Assembly (NCBI RefSeq): GCF_947568905.1
Contig: NC_079172.1
Span: 4,774,001 to 4,838,000 of the forward strand
Direction: 5' to 3'
DNA: 64,000 bases
DNA from: Ostrea edulis
Lineage: Eukaryota
Of this stretch, positions 48,701-60,700 are shown piece after piece. A program made the translations under genes and the position numbers. Within the stretch, counting starts at the first letter, position 1, and each line of letters opens with the position of its first letter. Under the pieces are notes generated by a model. That model ran no database searches, was not told where the DNA came from, and saw nothing but the letters and a program-made list of their open reading frames with translations.

Positions 48701-51700
48701 AGACACTTACTGTGAAGTTACTTTTAGGGGAAGCAGAAGTTTACAGATCGACCTAGGAGCAGCGTGTTTTCCGTGTAAGATAAGAGTTCCATGCGTGGTT
48801 GAATTCAAAATATGTTTAGATTAGTGTAACATGAAGGAACTTTGTCAACGTCATTGTGACTTACACACGGGTTGGAATCTTTCATTTGAAAATACAATTA
48901 GTTTGTGTAGTTTGTCCATTATTAAAGCTAGTCGAGGTACAGCGAGGATTTGAATTTTGAAATAATGTATACGTGTATTTGATTTGAAATTAAATTTAAA
49001 CTGAACTTGAACTGGCTTGCTGACATGCGTTATCTGTGACAGAAGCATACTTACGTATCGCAAAACACGGGGACATTGTCCACCAAGAACAAACGTGTGT
49101 GAAATGAAAGTTGTCTGTTTGCCCTCTACTGAGCTGCATGACCAAATGGAACCAATTCCCCCAATTCCATAAGAAATTTTCATTTTATTACGACTTCTTT
49201 GAAACTGTTTTAGAACCCATTTGGTATCTATATAACTGTTGAATGTAAATGTGAATTATCCAAGAAAGAAATATCTGTATCTACTTATACACTTTTTGAA
49301 ATATGTCAGTCGAGAGTAGACAAGCATGATTACCGCGAGACTGAAAATGCACTCGTATTACTGAGTACCCGTATGTCTGATTCCTTTATTATACCAATTT
49401 AATGTATCTAAAAATATCAAAAACTTCTCGAACTTGTACACACCAAATCCTCCAAACTGTTCATAAAACGCATGTAACACAGAATGAATATTCTAATGAG
49501 AATATTCTTTGAATTTCCGATGTGTCATTTTCCTCCCATCGAGATGAACTCTTCACCGATTAGAACTCATTTCGTGTTCCCATTTTGCTATTTTTGTCCG
49601 AAAGAGATTTACATATGCCATATGATCATAAGTAGCAAATTTCACTTTATGTACTCAAAGAAAATTTTGCAAAGGACCTTTCAAGATTGATACTTCAATC
49701 CGATTACATTTAGTCGCGAGTACGTACGATGATATACACCTACTTATACCTAGCAAGTCATCAAACAAATTTATAATTGTACACCAAGTCAAATAAATCT
49801 AAGATATTAATTTTTCCATATTAAGGTGCGGTTTCCGTTGGTAGCCCTGTGTCCCCTGGATCTGTTCTGACATACGTCTACACTGTGACCGACGCAAACG
49901 GCCCATCAGCAGCCTCCATGGATCAGTGTGTGACGTCACTGTATTATTCCGACGTTAACCCAATTAAGGATATTAATACAGGCTTGGTGGGGATGCTTGT
50001 TGTATGTAAAACTGGTAAGATCTGTCGGTGCATGACAGTAGATATTGTGTCTGTGTGTATGTCTGTCAATAACTGTAGACATTGTGTCTGTCTGTAGATC
50101 TGTCAATAACTGTAGACATTGTGACTGTTTGTATGTCTGTCAATACTGTGTCTGTCTGTAGATCTGTCAATAACTGTAGACATTGTGTCTGTCTGTAGGG
50201 CTGTCAATAACTGTAGACATTGTGACTGTCTGTAGGTCTGTCAATAACTGTAAATACTGTGTCTGTCTGTATGTCTGTCAATAACTGTAGACATTGTGAC
50301 TGTCTGTAGGTCTGTCAATAACTGTAGACATTGTGACTATCTGTGTGTCTGTCAATAACTGTAGACATTGTGACTGTCTGTATGTCTGTCAATAACTGTA
50401 GACATTGTGTCTGTCTGTAGATCTGTCAATAACTGTAGACATTGTGTCTGTCTGTAGGTCTGTCAATAACTGTAGACATTGTGACTGTCTGTATGTCTGT
50501 CAATAACTGTAGACATTGTGTCTGTCTGTAGGGCTGTCAATAACTGTAGACATTGTGACTGTCTGTATGTCTGTCAATAACTGTAGACATTGTGTCTGTC
50601 TGTAGATCTGTCAATAACTGTAGACATTGTGACTGTCTGTAGGTCTGTCAATAACTGTAGACATTGTGACTGTCTGTATGTCTGTCAATAACTGTAGACA
50701 TTGTGACTGTCTGTAGGTCTGTCAATAACTGTAGACATTGTGTTTGTCTGTAGGTCTGTCAATAACTGTAGACATTGTGACTGTCTGTAGGTCTGTCAAT
50801 AACTGTAGACATTGTGACTGTCTGTATGTCTGTCAATAACTGTAGACATTGTGTTTGTCTGTAGGTCTGTCAATAACTGTAGACATTGTGTCTGTATGTC
50901 TGTCAATAACTGTAGACAGTGTGTCTGTCTGTAGGTCTGTCAATAACTGTAGACATTGTGTTTGTCTGTAGGTCTGTCAATAACTGTAGACATTCTGTCT
51001 GTCTGTAGATCTGTCAATAACTGTAGATATTGTCTGTCGGTAGGTTTGCCAATAACTGTAGATATTGTGACTGTCTTTAGGTCTGTCAATAACTGTAGAC
51101 ATTGTGTTTGTCTGTAGGTCTGTCAATAACTGTAGACATTGTGTCTGTCTGTAGGTCTGTCAATAACTGAAGACATTGTGTCTGTCTGTAGGTCTGTCAA
51201 TAACTGTAGACATTGTGTCTGTCTGTAGATCTGTCAATAATTGTAGACATTGTGTCTGTCTATAGTCTGTAAATAACTGTAAATATTGTGTCTGTCTGTA
51301 TGTCTGTCAATAACGGTATACATTGTGACTGTCTGTAGGTCTGTCAATAACTGTAGACATTGTGACTGTCTGTAGGTCTGTCAATAACTGTAGACATTGT
51401 GACTGTCTGTAGGTCTGTCAATAACTGTAGACATTGTGACTGTCTGTATGTCTGTCAATAACTGTAGACATTGTGTTTGTCTGTAGGTCTGTCAATAACT
51501 GTTTACATTGTGTCTGTATGTCTGTCAATAACTGTAGACAGTGTGTCTGTCTGTAGGGCTGTCAATAACTGTAGACATTGTGTTTGTCTGTAGGTCTGTC
51601 AATAACTGTAGACATTCTGTCTGTCTGTAGATCTGTCAATAACTGTAGATATTGTCTGTCGGTAGGTTTGCCAATAACTGTAGATATTGTGACTGTCTTT

Positions 51701-54700
51701 AGGTCTGTCAATAACTGTAGACATTGTGTTTGTCTGTAGGTCTGTCAATAACTGTAGACATTGTGTCTGTCTGTAGGTCTGTCAATAACTGAAGACACTG
51801 TGTCTGTCTGTAGGTCTGTCAATAACTGTAGACATTGTGTCTGTCTGTAGATCTGTCAATAATTGTAGACATTGTGTCTGTCTATAGTCTGTAAATAACT
51901 GTAAATATTGTGTCTGTCTGTATGTCTGTCAATAACTGTATACATTGTGACTGTCTGTAGGTCTGTCAATAACTGTAGATATTGTGACTGTCTTTAGGTC
52001 TGTCAATAACTAGATATTGTGAATATTGTCCAATTTGTAGGTTGGTCAGTTATTGTAAATACTGTGATTGATATGTTGGTTTAACAGTGACTGGTTTTTT
52101 GTTTTTTTTGTTTGTTCTCAGTGATGTAGTACAGATAACCTGAATTGTGACGAAAAGAGCGATGAGTCTCAAACTTGGATTATTTCGTTTATTTCGTTGA
52201 CTTCTCATTCCAACCGCAATTGAATTTTTTTTCTCAAACTTAGCTTTACAGATACAAATCATCGCTGCATTTTATTTAAATAAGGACTAATATAAGTGGT
52301 ATATAAGTGGTATGAGGCCGTGTGCACGTGCTCATGTCATACTGGTTGTTAGTACTTGTAAAGAACATATATATTCTTTTATATATTCTTTATTGCTTAA
52401 GACATATGTCTTATTACATCAATTTCATAAATACATGTACATAAAAATTACATTGTATGGCAATGTACTAATTCAAGCAAGCAACGGAGAATGACTTAAA
52501 CAAGGTTTTCTCGCAACTTAAGTGCAAGACATAAATGCAAGGTAAAGATAACGAACAGTGATCAATCTCATAACTCCTACAAGCAATACAAAATAGATAG
52601 TTGGGCAAACACGGACCCCTGGACACACCAGAGGTGGGATCAGGTGCCTAGGAGGAGTAAGCATCCCCTGTTGACCGGTCATACTCGCCGTGAGCCCCAT
52701 ATCCTGATCAGGTAAACGGAGTTATCCGCAGTCAAAATCAGTGTGCCAAGAACGGCTTAACAATCGGTATGAAACACGTCAGACAGTATTCCCTAAATTA
52801 CAAAGTTCGTGTACATTATGAACACTTAATAATTGTACAAATTTTAAAAGAGATTGTTTTTGCCAATAATTCTTTTTGATATATTTATGTCGAAATTCCT
52901 CGTAATGAGGGCAAATTAATATAAAGTGGTATTCGTCCTCAATGTCATTTTTACAAAATTTACATACTCTGTGTTCTCTAGGTATATTGTTATGGCGGCC
53001 TGTTTCAATTTCAAGATTATGAGAGGATAGTCTAATTCGACAAATGTGTCTTTTATACATATTAGGTATAGATTTACAAAGGTAATATTGTAACGAAAAG
53101 TTATCAATAACATGTCTGTAAATAATACACTTTGAAGAACAATTAATTTGTTCAGCTAAACTTTGAATACACATATCAGTCAACCTCTGTTTTATAATAG
53201 GAAAGAAAAGTTTAGAAGTTGCATTCTCCTGATCACACCAAATATATCCTAACCCTATATCGTACAATTTTTGTTTAATGCAATAGGCCCAGTTTTTGCT
53301 ACAGTTTTTCATTCTATCACAGTTGTAATATAATTCATCGTAACAATTTCTAATTATACAATTTTCACTACGCAACAAATGAATATGATAGAGGTGCCCT
53401 CCAAATAGTTTTAGAATATGACTGATTGTGTCTTGGATTTAATATACGCACTGAGCCTGCGCACAGGACTTCGGAATCTAGTAATTGAGGAATATGTCCA
53501 ACTCTTGTTCTTTCAGCGTTATAAAGTCAACAGGCTAAACTATTTCTTTAGTGGGTAGTTTCTAACCAGTTAGAAACATTCATAACTCTTACTGTGTTGT
53601 AAGAAAATGAGTGTTGGAAATACAAAATGACATATATATTCACAGATATAATATATACCTTTTAGGTTATAGAGAGACGGAGGTTAGATAGATCTAGAAA
53701 GAGCAGAGCTCTTTGATTTCCTTTAAAGAAAAATAAAATACATGTAAGATTAGGTATCATTTTGTGGAAGGTTTTTATAATGGTAATCTATACCATTATA
53801 CAGGTGAAATAGAATATTTGATAATATATTTTCATAAAGAAACACTACGGTGTATTTTGTAAAAAATATTTTCCGGAGAAATAATGTTAATTGATGATCT
53901 TGTGTGATATCATATCAAAATACGATAATATAGCAAATACAAATTTATGTAATTTTGAACCGTATCGCCGCTGTGTACAGCATATCGTAACCATGATTTT
54001 TGTCTTTGAAAGTTTAGATTGGAGTTTAGATTTTCTACATTATCTTATAATCTGAAATCACATTTTTAAAAATAAATATTTACGGTTCCTTTCAAAGTTG
54101 GCTGTACCAGAAGATAATATTTTTTAAAAAATAGAACGTCGTGTTACCGTAACTGAAATATTTCTCGTACGAATTAATTTCACCACGGCGTGTCTCGTGC
54201 TATTTTTAGCCATTACAACAAGCATTGCATCACGAGTGGACATCAAAGTTACATATAAATACATGTGTCGAAGTAGATCTACCTAGGTTTTATAAAGGTA
54301 AGTTATAGTGTATTGCTCATGCATGCTCTCATAAGAGAGGTTGAACGTTTTCTTCTGATTTGTTTGTTTATATATTACCTATATTATTATTTGACGATAA
54401 TTTTGTCTTTCTTCTTTGATTAATTGTTTTGTGTTTTTATTGTTGGTGGTGTAGTTGTTTTGTTTCTCTTTAAGATACAACTGGCGCTAGTCAATATTAA
54501 AATTATATCTTGTTTCAGGTTTGCTTGACAACCTTGGATACTTGCTCCCGACAACGCCCACTTAACCAATATGGCGGGAAATACAAACCATAGTAATTTG
54601 TCTTTCCAAACAACAGAAATTAGCAACTTGAAAGCTGAATTTGACGGATCCTGTAGGATTATTAAAGATCTAGGAGAATACACGCATGTCGTTACTTTGC

Positions 54701-57700
54701 AACCCAGCGGGCAAGACATTGTTTACAAGTTTCAAATGACAGGTAAGTTTCCGGAAATTTTCTCGTGATCACCGCTGATATAATCGGATATACGTATTTT
54801 CCGCTTTGTAGGTCATCCAGGTATATACTTAAACGTTTAAGTGTAAAACGCAAATTAAATCCCATCTTCTTTAATGCTGTTAATACTAAATTGAAACGAA
54901 ACTGATATGTATAATGAGCAGGTAGCTCTTTACCAAAATTGTAAATTTGATGATCCCAAAAACGTTTGGGTCCTAGTTTAGTACTTATGATACATGTGTA
55001 TATTAGTGGTATATGATTGCACAAAGTTTGCTTATGAACAGAATCATATTTAACCATAAGGGTATCAGGTTTTCTCTAATTTCTGACCTATCTACATTGC
55101 GTGATAATCGGATGACGGTTAAGACCCATCAAACTCTTGTTGATAGGACAGAAACCAATTTCAGTATATATACTCTTCTTTTCCTATTTTGTGTTTATCA
55201 TTATCAATTTCTTTCATGATTCCTTTTAGGTAGCTATCCTCAAACAAAACCAAATATCATTATTCGCTGTCCAGTCTTAACGACAGATGAATTGACAGAA
55301 CTTGAAAAGGCAATGGATATTGACATTCTCGGAACACCCATGATCCAGGCAATGCTGCTAAAGGCAGAACAATATATAGATAGAAATGAACTGGATATTA
55401 ATAGCAAACGAAAAACAGGAAACGGAAAACATGAAAACACAGGCCGCAAAAATAAAGAACGACGACGAAAGCGGAAGGAGAAACAGGAAGAAGAGGAAGT
55501 TAAAGATGAGAAAAAAGCATCCATGAAGACAGCAGAAGATGTTATAAAGCGCATCCAATGGGACTCGAACCTTCCCCAGGACGAATTTGTTGTTGGGTAT
55601 ATCGATCGGTTCTTAGGAATTCAAGAAAAATACTTCACCTCCTTCAGTTGGGAAGACATCGCTAGTGTAGACTACAGCGTCTTAGCCGTGCCAAAGCACA
55701 GGATTGAGTATTTCAAGTATAAAGATGTAAAAGTTTGGGATAAGCCTCGCAGAATTGACAACGTGTTTGGTTCCACAGGTAGCAAAACCACAATATATGA
55801 CGTCATAGCCAATTACGAAAAATGTCAAGACGACACATTGGATAAATCCAATACCAACGGAGAAGATGCAAGATACGATGACAACTCGGACGAGGACAGC
55901 GATGACGGTATAACGGTCACGGTTGGTGGTGGGGCAATGGGCTTTCAATGTGACGATGAGTCAGATGATGAAATGAAATCCTCTGGATTCGAAGAGGATA
56001 TATGCGACGATGGCTTTGATAGGTATTGGAGAAACAAATTACGACCAAATTATTTCTTGGCATTTCGGGTACAGAATCCGGATGTAGTGCAAACGACGGA
56101 AGGCATTCAAGACATTATCATGGATCACGAGCCTCATTTTGAAAGTTGTTGCATTCCTCTCCATTGCCTCCACGTGACTTTGTGCACACTTGGGTTAGAC
56201 ACACCCGAACAAGTCGCTCATTGTGTGGAGGTTCTAAGCCGACTCAAACCTGAGCTGATTTCAATGGCACCTAAAGATAAACCTCTAGTATTTAAAGGCC
56301 TTGATCAGTTTTTTAACCGTGCACTGTATGCGAAAGTGAAGTGTTCTGATGAAATGTTTGAATTTGTGGATCACCTAAAACTCTGTCTGAAAAACGAAGG
56401 CATTGAGATCAGAGACAATCACGATTTCGTTCCACATATGACAATTGTGAAGGTTACCCGCCCTGTGGGACATTCAACGGGTAAAAAATACATTCCCCCT
56501 TGGGTCTACTCTCATAAAGGTGAAGTGGACTTCGGGGAGGAAGTTTTCAACAATATTCATCTCTGTCATATGTCACATGAACGACGTGAAGATGGGTTTT
56601 ACGCCACACCAACTAGTCTTTCCTTCTAATCACTGCAGTGATAAGGACAGCAGGCTTCTTAGATTACAATGATGAATATTTCCAACTACTGTATTGTGAT
56701 ATTTTGATATTTAAAAAAATATGTTCTGTAATTGTTACTAATGATTATTTTTGGAAAAAATAAATGAAGTTTGGAATCGTGTGTTTTAAGTGTTCGAAAA
56801 AAAAAAAATAATGAGGCTTAATTTAAACACCTTTGCTTTTATCAAATACAGAAGGAATAGCTTCAAACCTGTGGCTCTTGGGGGTGGGTGTGTGTGAATT
56901 GGAAAAACCATGGAACTACAGATCCACCTGAACGTTTGATTCATGATGCAGCTTTTCTGTCGCACGATTCGGATATTACATCTCTGAACTTTTAAGCCAC
57001 AGCCTTAAGATTTTGATATTAAAAAAAAATCCTAAGATATTTCCAACTATCCTATTGTCAAGACATAACCTTTACACATACTCGGGTATTTTCAGTCCCA
57101 TTCGAACTGAAAACGTGCCAAACAACGGAATGAATGCAAAAACAGGCGAGCGTTGTTGAAACTGTTTTCAATTCCAATGGGGTCTGTGCGTCAAGAACCA
57201 CAAGCACCTCCATTTCTGTCAGTAAGTCGCTCAATAAAGCCAAAGATCGAAAACTCCTAACCCCTCTATATATAAATAGGGGGTAGGATTTTTCGATCTT
57301 TGGCTTTATCGAGCGACTTATTGACAGAAATTCAGGTGCCTGTACAAGGACAGTTTGTGCCGATATATATTTAACTATATGTTTTTAGATTCCCCGACCA
57401 GTGTACGCGAAATATTCCTTCATTATGGGACAATGTATGAAAGAGAAAGCTGGTTCAGCTCTGTGAAGTCCACTAATGATTCTCAGCAGACGGTGTTCCC
57501 AACAATCAATGGATATACAGAAGGGAATATGCCTGATATAGACGTTTGTCTCAACAGAAAAGTCCGTCTGTATTTCACGTCATTAGGTGGTCAAAACGAT
57601 ATTCACACGGTTGTTCTTTATGGACATCAGATGGAAGTGAGAAGCCAGAGGTATATTTTTGTTGAAACCATATACAATGTACATGTACTAGAATCGAACT

Positions 57701-60700
57701 TCTGCAAGACCACGCGACCATCGCAGTCTGAAAGTTATCGTTAATAGTCATTCTATTTCCCTTCGTTACTACAGAGTCGATGCTGTAAATCTGTACCCTG
57801 GTGCCACAGTCACAGCAGAGTTTCTAACGCAAGAAGAGGGAGCATGGTTGCTGACAACACAGCATGTATCGGGCAATCGTAAGACAGAAAAATATCACGG
57901 AGTTATGCGCTCCAGAAACCATACATTTTCATATCCAACTACTTAATATGGTAATGTTCCTTAGCGTGATTGAGCTTGAAATTATCTGTGATTTTTTAAA
58001 ATGTTTACTGTACTGAAAGGTGTAAGTATGCACATGCAAGTCTTCATTGAAACTTTTCAAAAGCATCGTTTTGTTGAGGGACTTCAAATTTGATTTTGTT
58101 CATATGAATGTCTACGGCTATTTACACACCTTCACAAAAGTACACTAGCCCATACTGAAAAAAAAGTGACAACATAGCAAAAACATCGATTAATTACATG
58201 ATACAATCAATTCAGGTACCAGTGTCACAGAGGGGGGTGGGGTGGGGGTATAATACACGTCATATGAATGTGAGTATTGTAACCGACTCCACTCTAGCTG
58301 CTTCTCTTGCAGTTTATGGACGATTGCTAGTATCACCGTGCAATAACTCTCGTCCAGCACAACGTCTTACTGGAAACATCCGCAGATATTTCATAGCAGC
58401 CGAGAGAGCGGACCGATCTAAAGGGTTAATAGTTTAAAATACATGTTGTCAAAAACTTTTGTTTCTTAAAACACCTTTTTAGTTTGTGTTGAATGTTGAT
58501 GAAATATATTTCACGTGGATTGTAGAATCTCGTCTGGACCAATCGTATTTCAAGAGTACACAAACACAAGATTTCAAACGAGTAAAAAGAGTAGTATTCC
58601 TACGAATGGAAGGTTGGGTCCTACCATCTATGTTGAAACGGGAGATCTGGTCAAAGTGGTGTTCTACAATCGAGCAGACAGGGAGCTATCTTTGCACCCT
58701 CATGGATTGAGGGTGGGGAAATTGAACGAGGGAGTATTCTATGATGACGATTATGTAGGTTTGTGAATAATAGAATACTGATAGAATTCGAAATTACTAC
58801 CCCTATATTTTAGATAATGACGGAGTTTGTTTACTTTTAAAACAGAGCAGCTACACCATGAAACACTTACAAAGTCGTAAAAAAAAATGGGAAATCTCGT
58901 AGCGGGTAGTGGGAAATCTCATAGTGGGTAGTGGGAAATCTCGTAGCGGGTAATGGGAAAGCTCGTAGTGGGTAGTGGGAAATCTCGTAGTGGGTAATGG
59001 GAAAACTCGTAGTGGGTAGTGGGAAATCTCGTAGTGGGTAATGGGAAAACTCGTAGTGGGTAGTGGGAAATCTCGTAGTGGGTAGTGGGAAATCTCGTAG
59101 TGGGTAATGGGAAAACTCATAGTGGGTAGTGGGAAATCTCGTAGCGGGCATGATCGTATAGGTACACCTTTTGGTCAGGCACAAACAAACGGAATTAATC
59201 TTGTCAGTATACCTATACTTTTTTTTCAAATCAAATAAATATTTTGATGATTGAGGTAGTTTATTTGACCATCAGCATATTTTAATTCCAACACATCCGT
59301 CTATTGTCAATCAGAGAGACGTTCTATTGCAGGTAAACACACAGTTGCCGCTAACAGTCTGAAGACGTACTATTGGAGTGTCCCCGACGATGTAGGCCCC
59401 ACACTGTTTGACGAACTTTGTCTTGTGCGTCACTACACGTCCGGCCTTGGCCACAGTAACGACACATTTCTTTTTGGTCCTGTCAAGATCTGCGCAGAGG
59501 GATATATGCAAACAGTTACGTGCTTTTTGTCCTCCGATCAAACAATATCCTTCTTTATCCAGCCTTTTATTTCCTTGATTACATGTATATATATCTGCGA
59601 CTTTTAAGTAACAATATTTAGGGGAAAAAATATACATGTGTGATTATCAATTTATCATCACTTTTGTAGGCACCTAAAGAGACAGATATTTTCGTAGTGT
59701 ACAGACAAATGACTACCAGTATCTCCAACTTTGAAATAAACGGCGTGCCACCCTATACACTTCCGCTAGTCTCTGTATGTCTTGAAGAAATCGTGAATAC
59801 ACATATAATGACGTTTGGAACTGCGGAACCCCAGAGCTTCTCCGTGGACGGGAATGTCATAAAACAGAGAGGCCATGTGCTAAATGTAATGGAGGCAAAG
59901 GAAAACTCCATGACAACGTACACAATTACTATGACGAAAACAGGTGTCAATTTGAACATGTTCATTGGTTGCATGGTGTGGCCATGTAGTGCTTTATTTA
60001 GTTGGTTGTTTGTTTTACGTCCTGTCGAGAATTTTTCACTCATATCGAGACGCACCAGTCGCAGGTTTAAAAGTACCACAAAATTAGACGTATGCTTAGC
60101 GCTTACGGACGTAGTAACGAGGGTTCTTTATCGTGCAAACGCCTGCTGCGACAAGGGATCTCCGTTTAAGGTAATATCCAAAAGAGCCGAGATTCTCACT
60201 TCTGAATACCAAGCATTTGGCGAAGGAGCAATCACTACCTATGTTAACGTCTTAGGTTTGAATCGACCATGGCATGAACGGGGTTCCAACTCATGACCTG
60301 GTTACGAAGCGAACGCTTTGCCCCTGTGTTACCGCGATCGGTGGTGTGTTTTGTTTCGTGTTACGCTAATAAATTAACTACACCTATTACAGTTGGTGAA
60401 TTGTTTTGTTGTTGAGAATTTGCTAATGACTCAGTTTTCATAAAGTACAGTCATGGCCGACTCAAACAAGCTGAAAGTCTACAAAATGCGCTACATACAT
60501 GATGCTATCACACTATAATTCACATAAAAAATAAAGCCTTTACGGGATGGAGTCAGTAAAATTGTAATAGACTTGCTTATTAACGTTTTTTTTACACAGG
60601 GAACTGGACAGTTAGAAATTTCAGGAATGAAAATATATCCCTCACACTCTCTGTCAATGAGTGTGGCACTTCCAGTAATTTTATTTTGACTGGCAAAGTA

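Noticed and set aside
50062-52018. CRISPR-like look of regular 37-bp (also 39- and 47-bp) repeats
   Set aside because: Units are head-to-tail with no unique spacers, no cas genes, and a eukaryotic intronic context.
55292-56629. Prokaryotic contamination or HGT, since MJ1316 is an archaeal-named domain in a long single ORF
   Set aside because: The gene has a canonical spliceosomal intron and poly(A) signal and matches the eukaryotic LENG9 architecture.
58851-59229. Repetitive minus-strand ORFs (FPTTHYEISHYPLRD)
   Set aside because: Products of the 22/23-bp minisatellite.
59944-60296. 3' part of the 199-aa ORF 59697-60296
   Set aside because: Homology ends at the phase-1 donor at 59944; the rest runs through intron and a SINE.
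60290-60346. tRNA gene
   Set aside because: Only a degenerate SINE head; no complete cloverleaf could be built.
60675-60680. Apparent donor A|gtaatt in the oxidase-like gene
   Set aside because: The frame continues into the domain-5 start (GKVTTRNIGIKEDYWGY) to a phase-matching donor at 60766.
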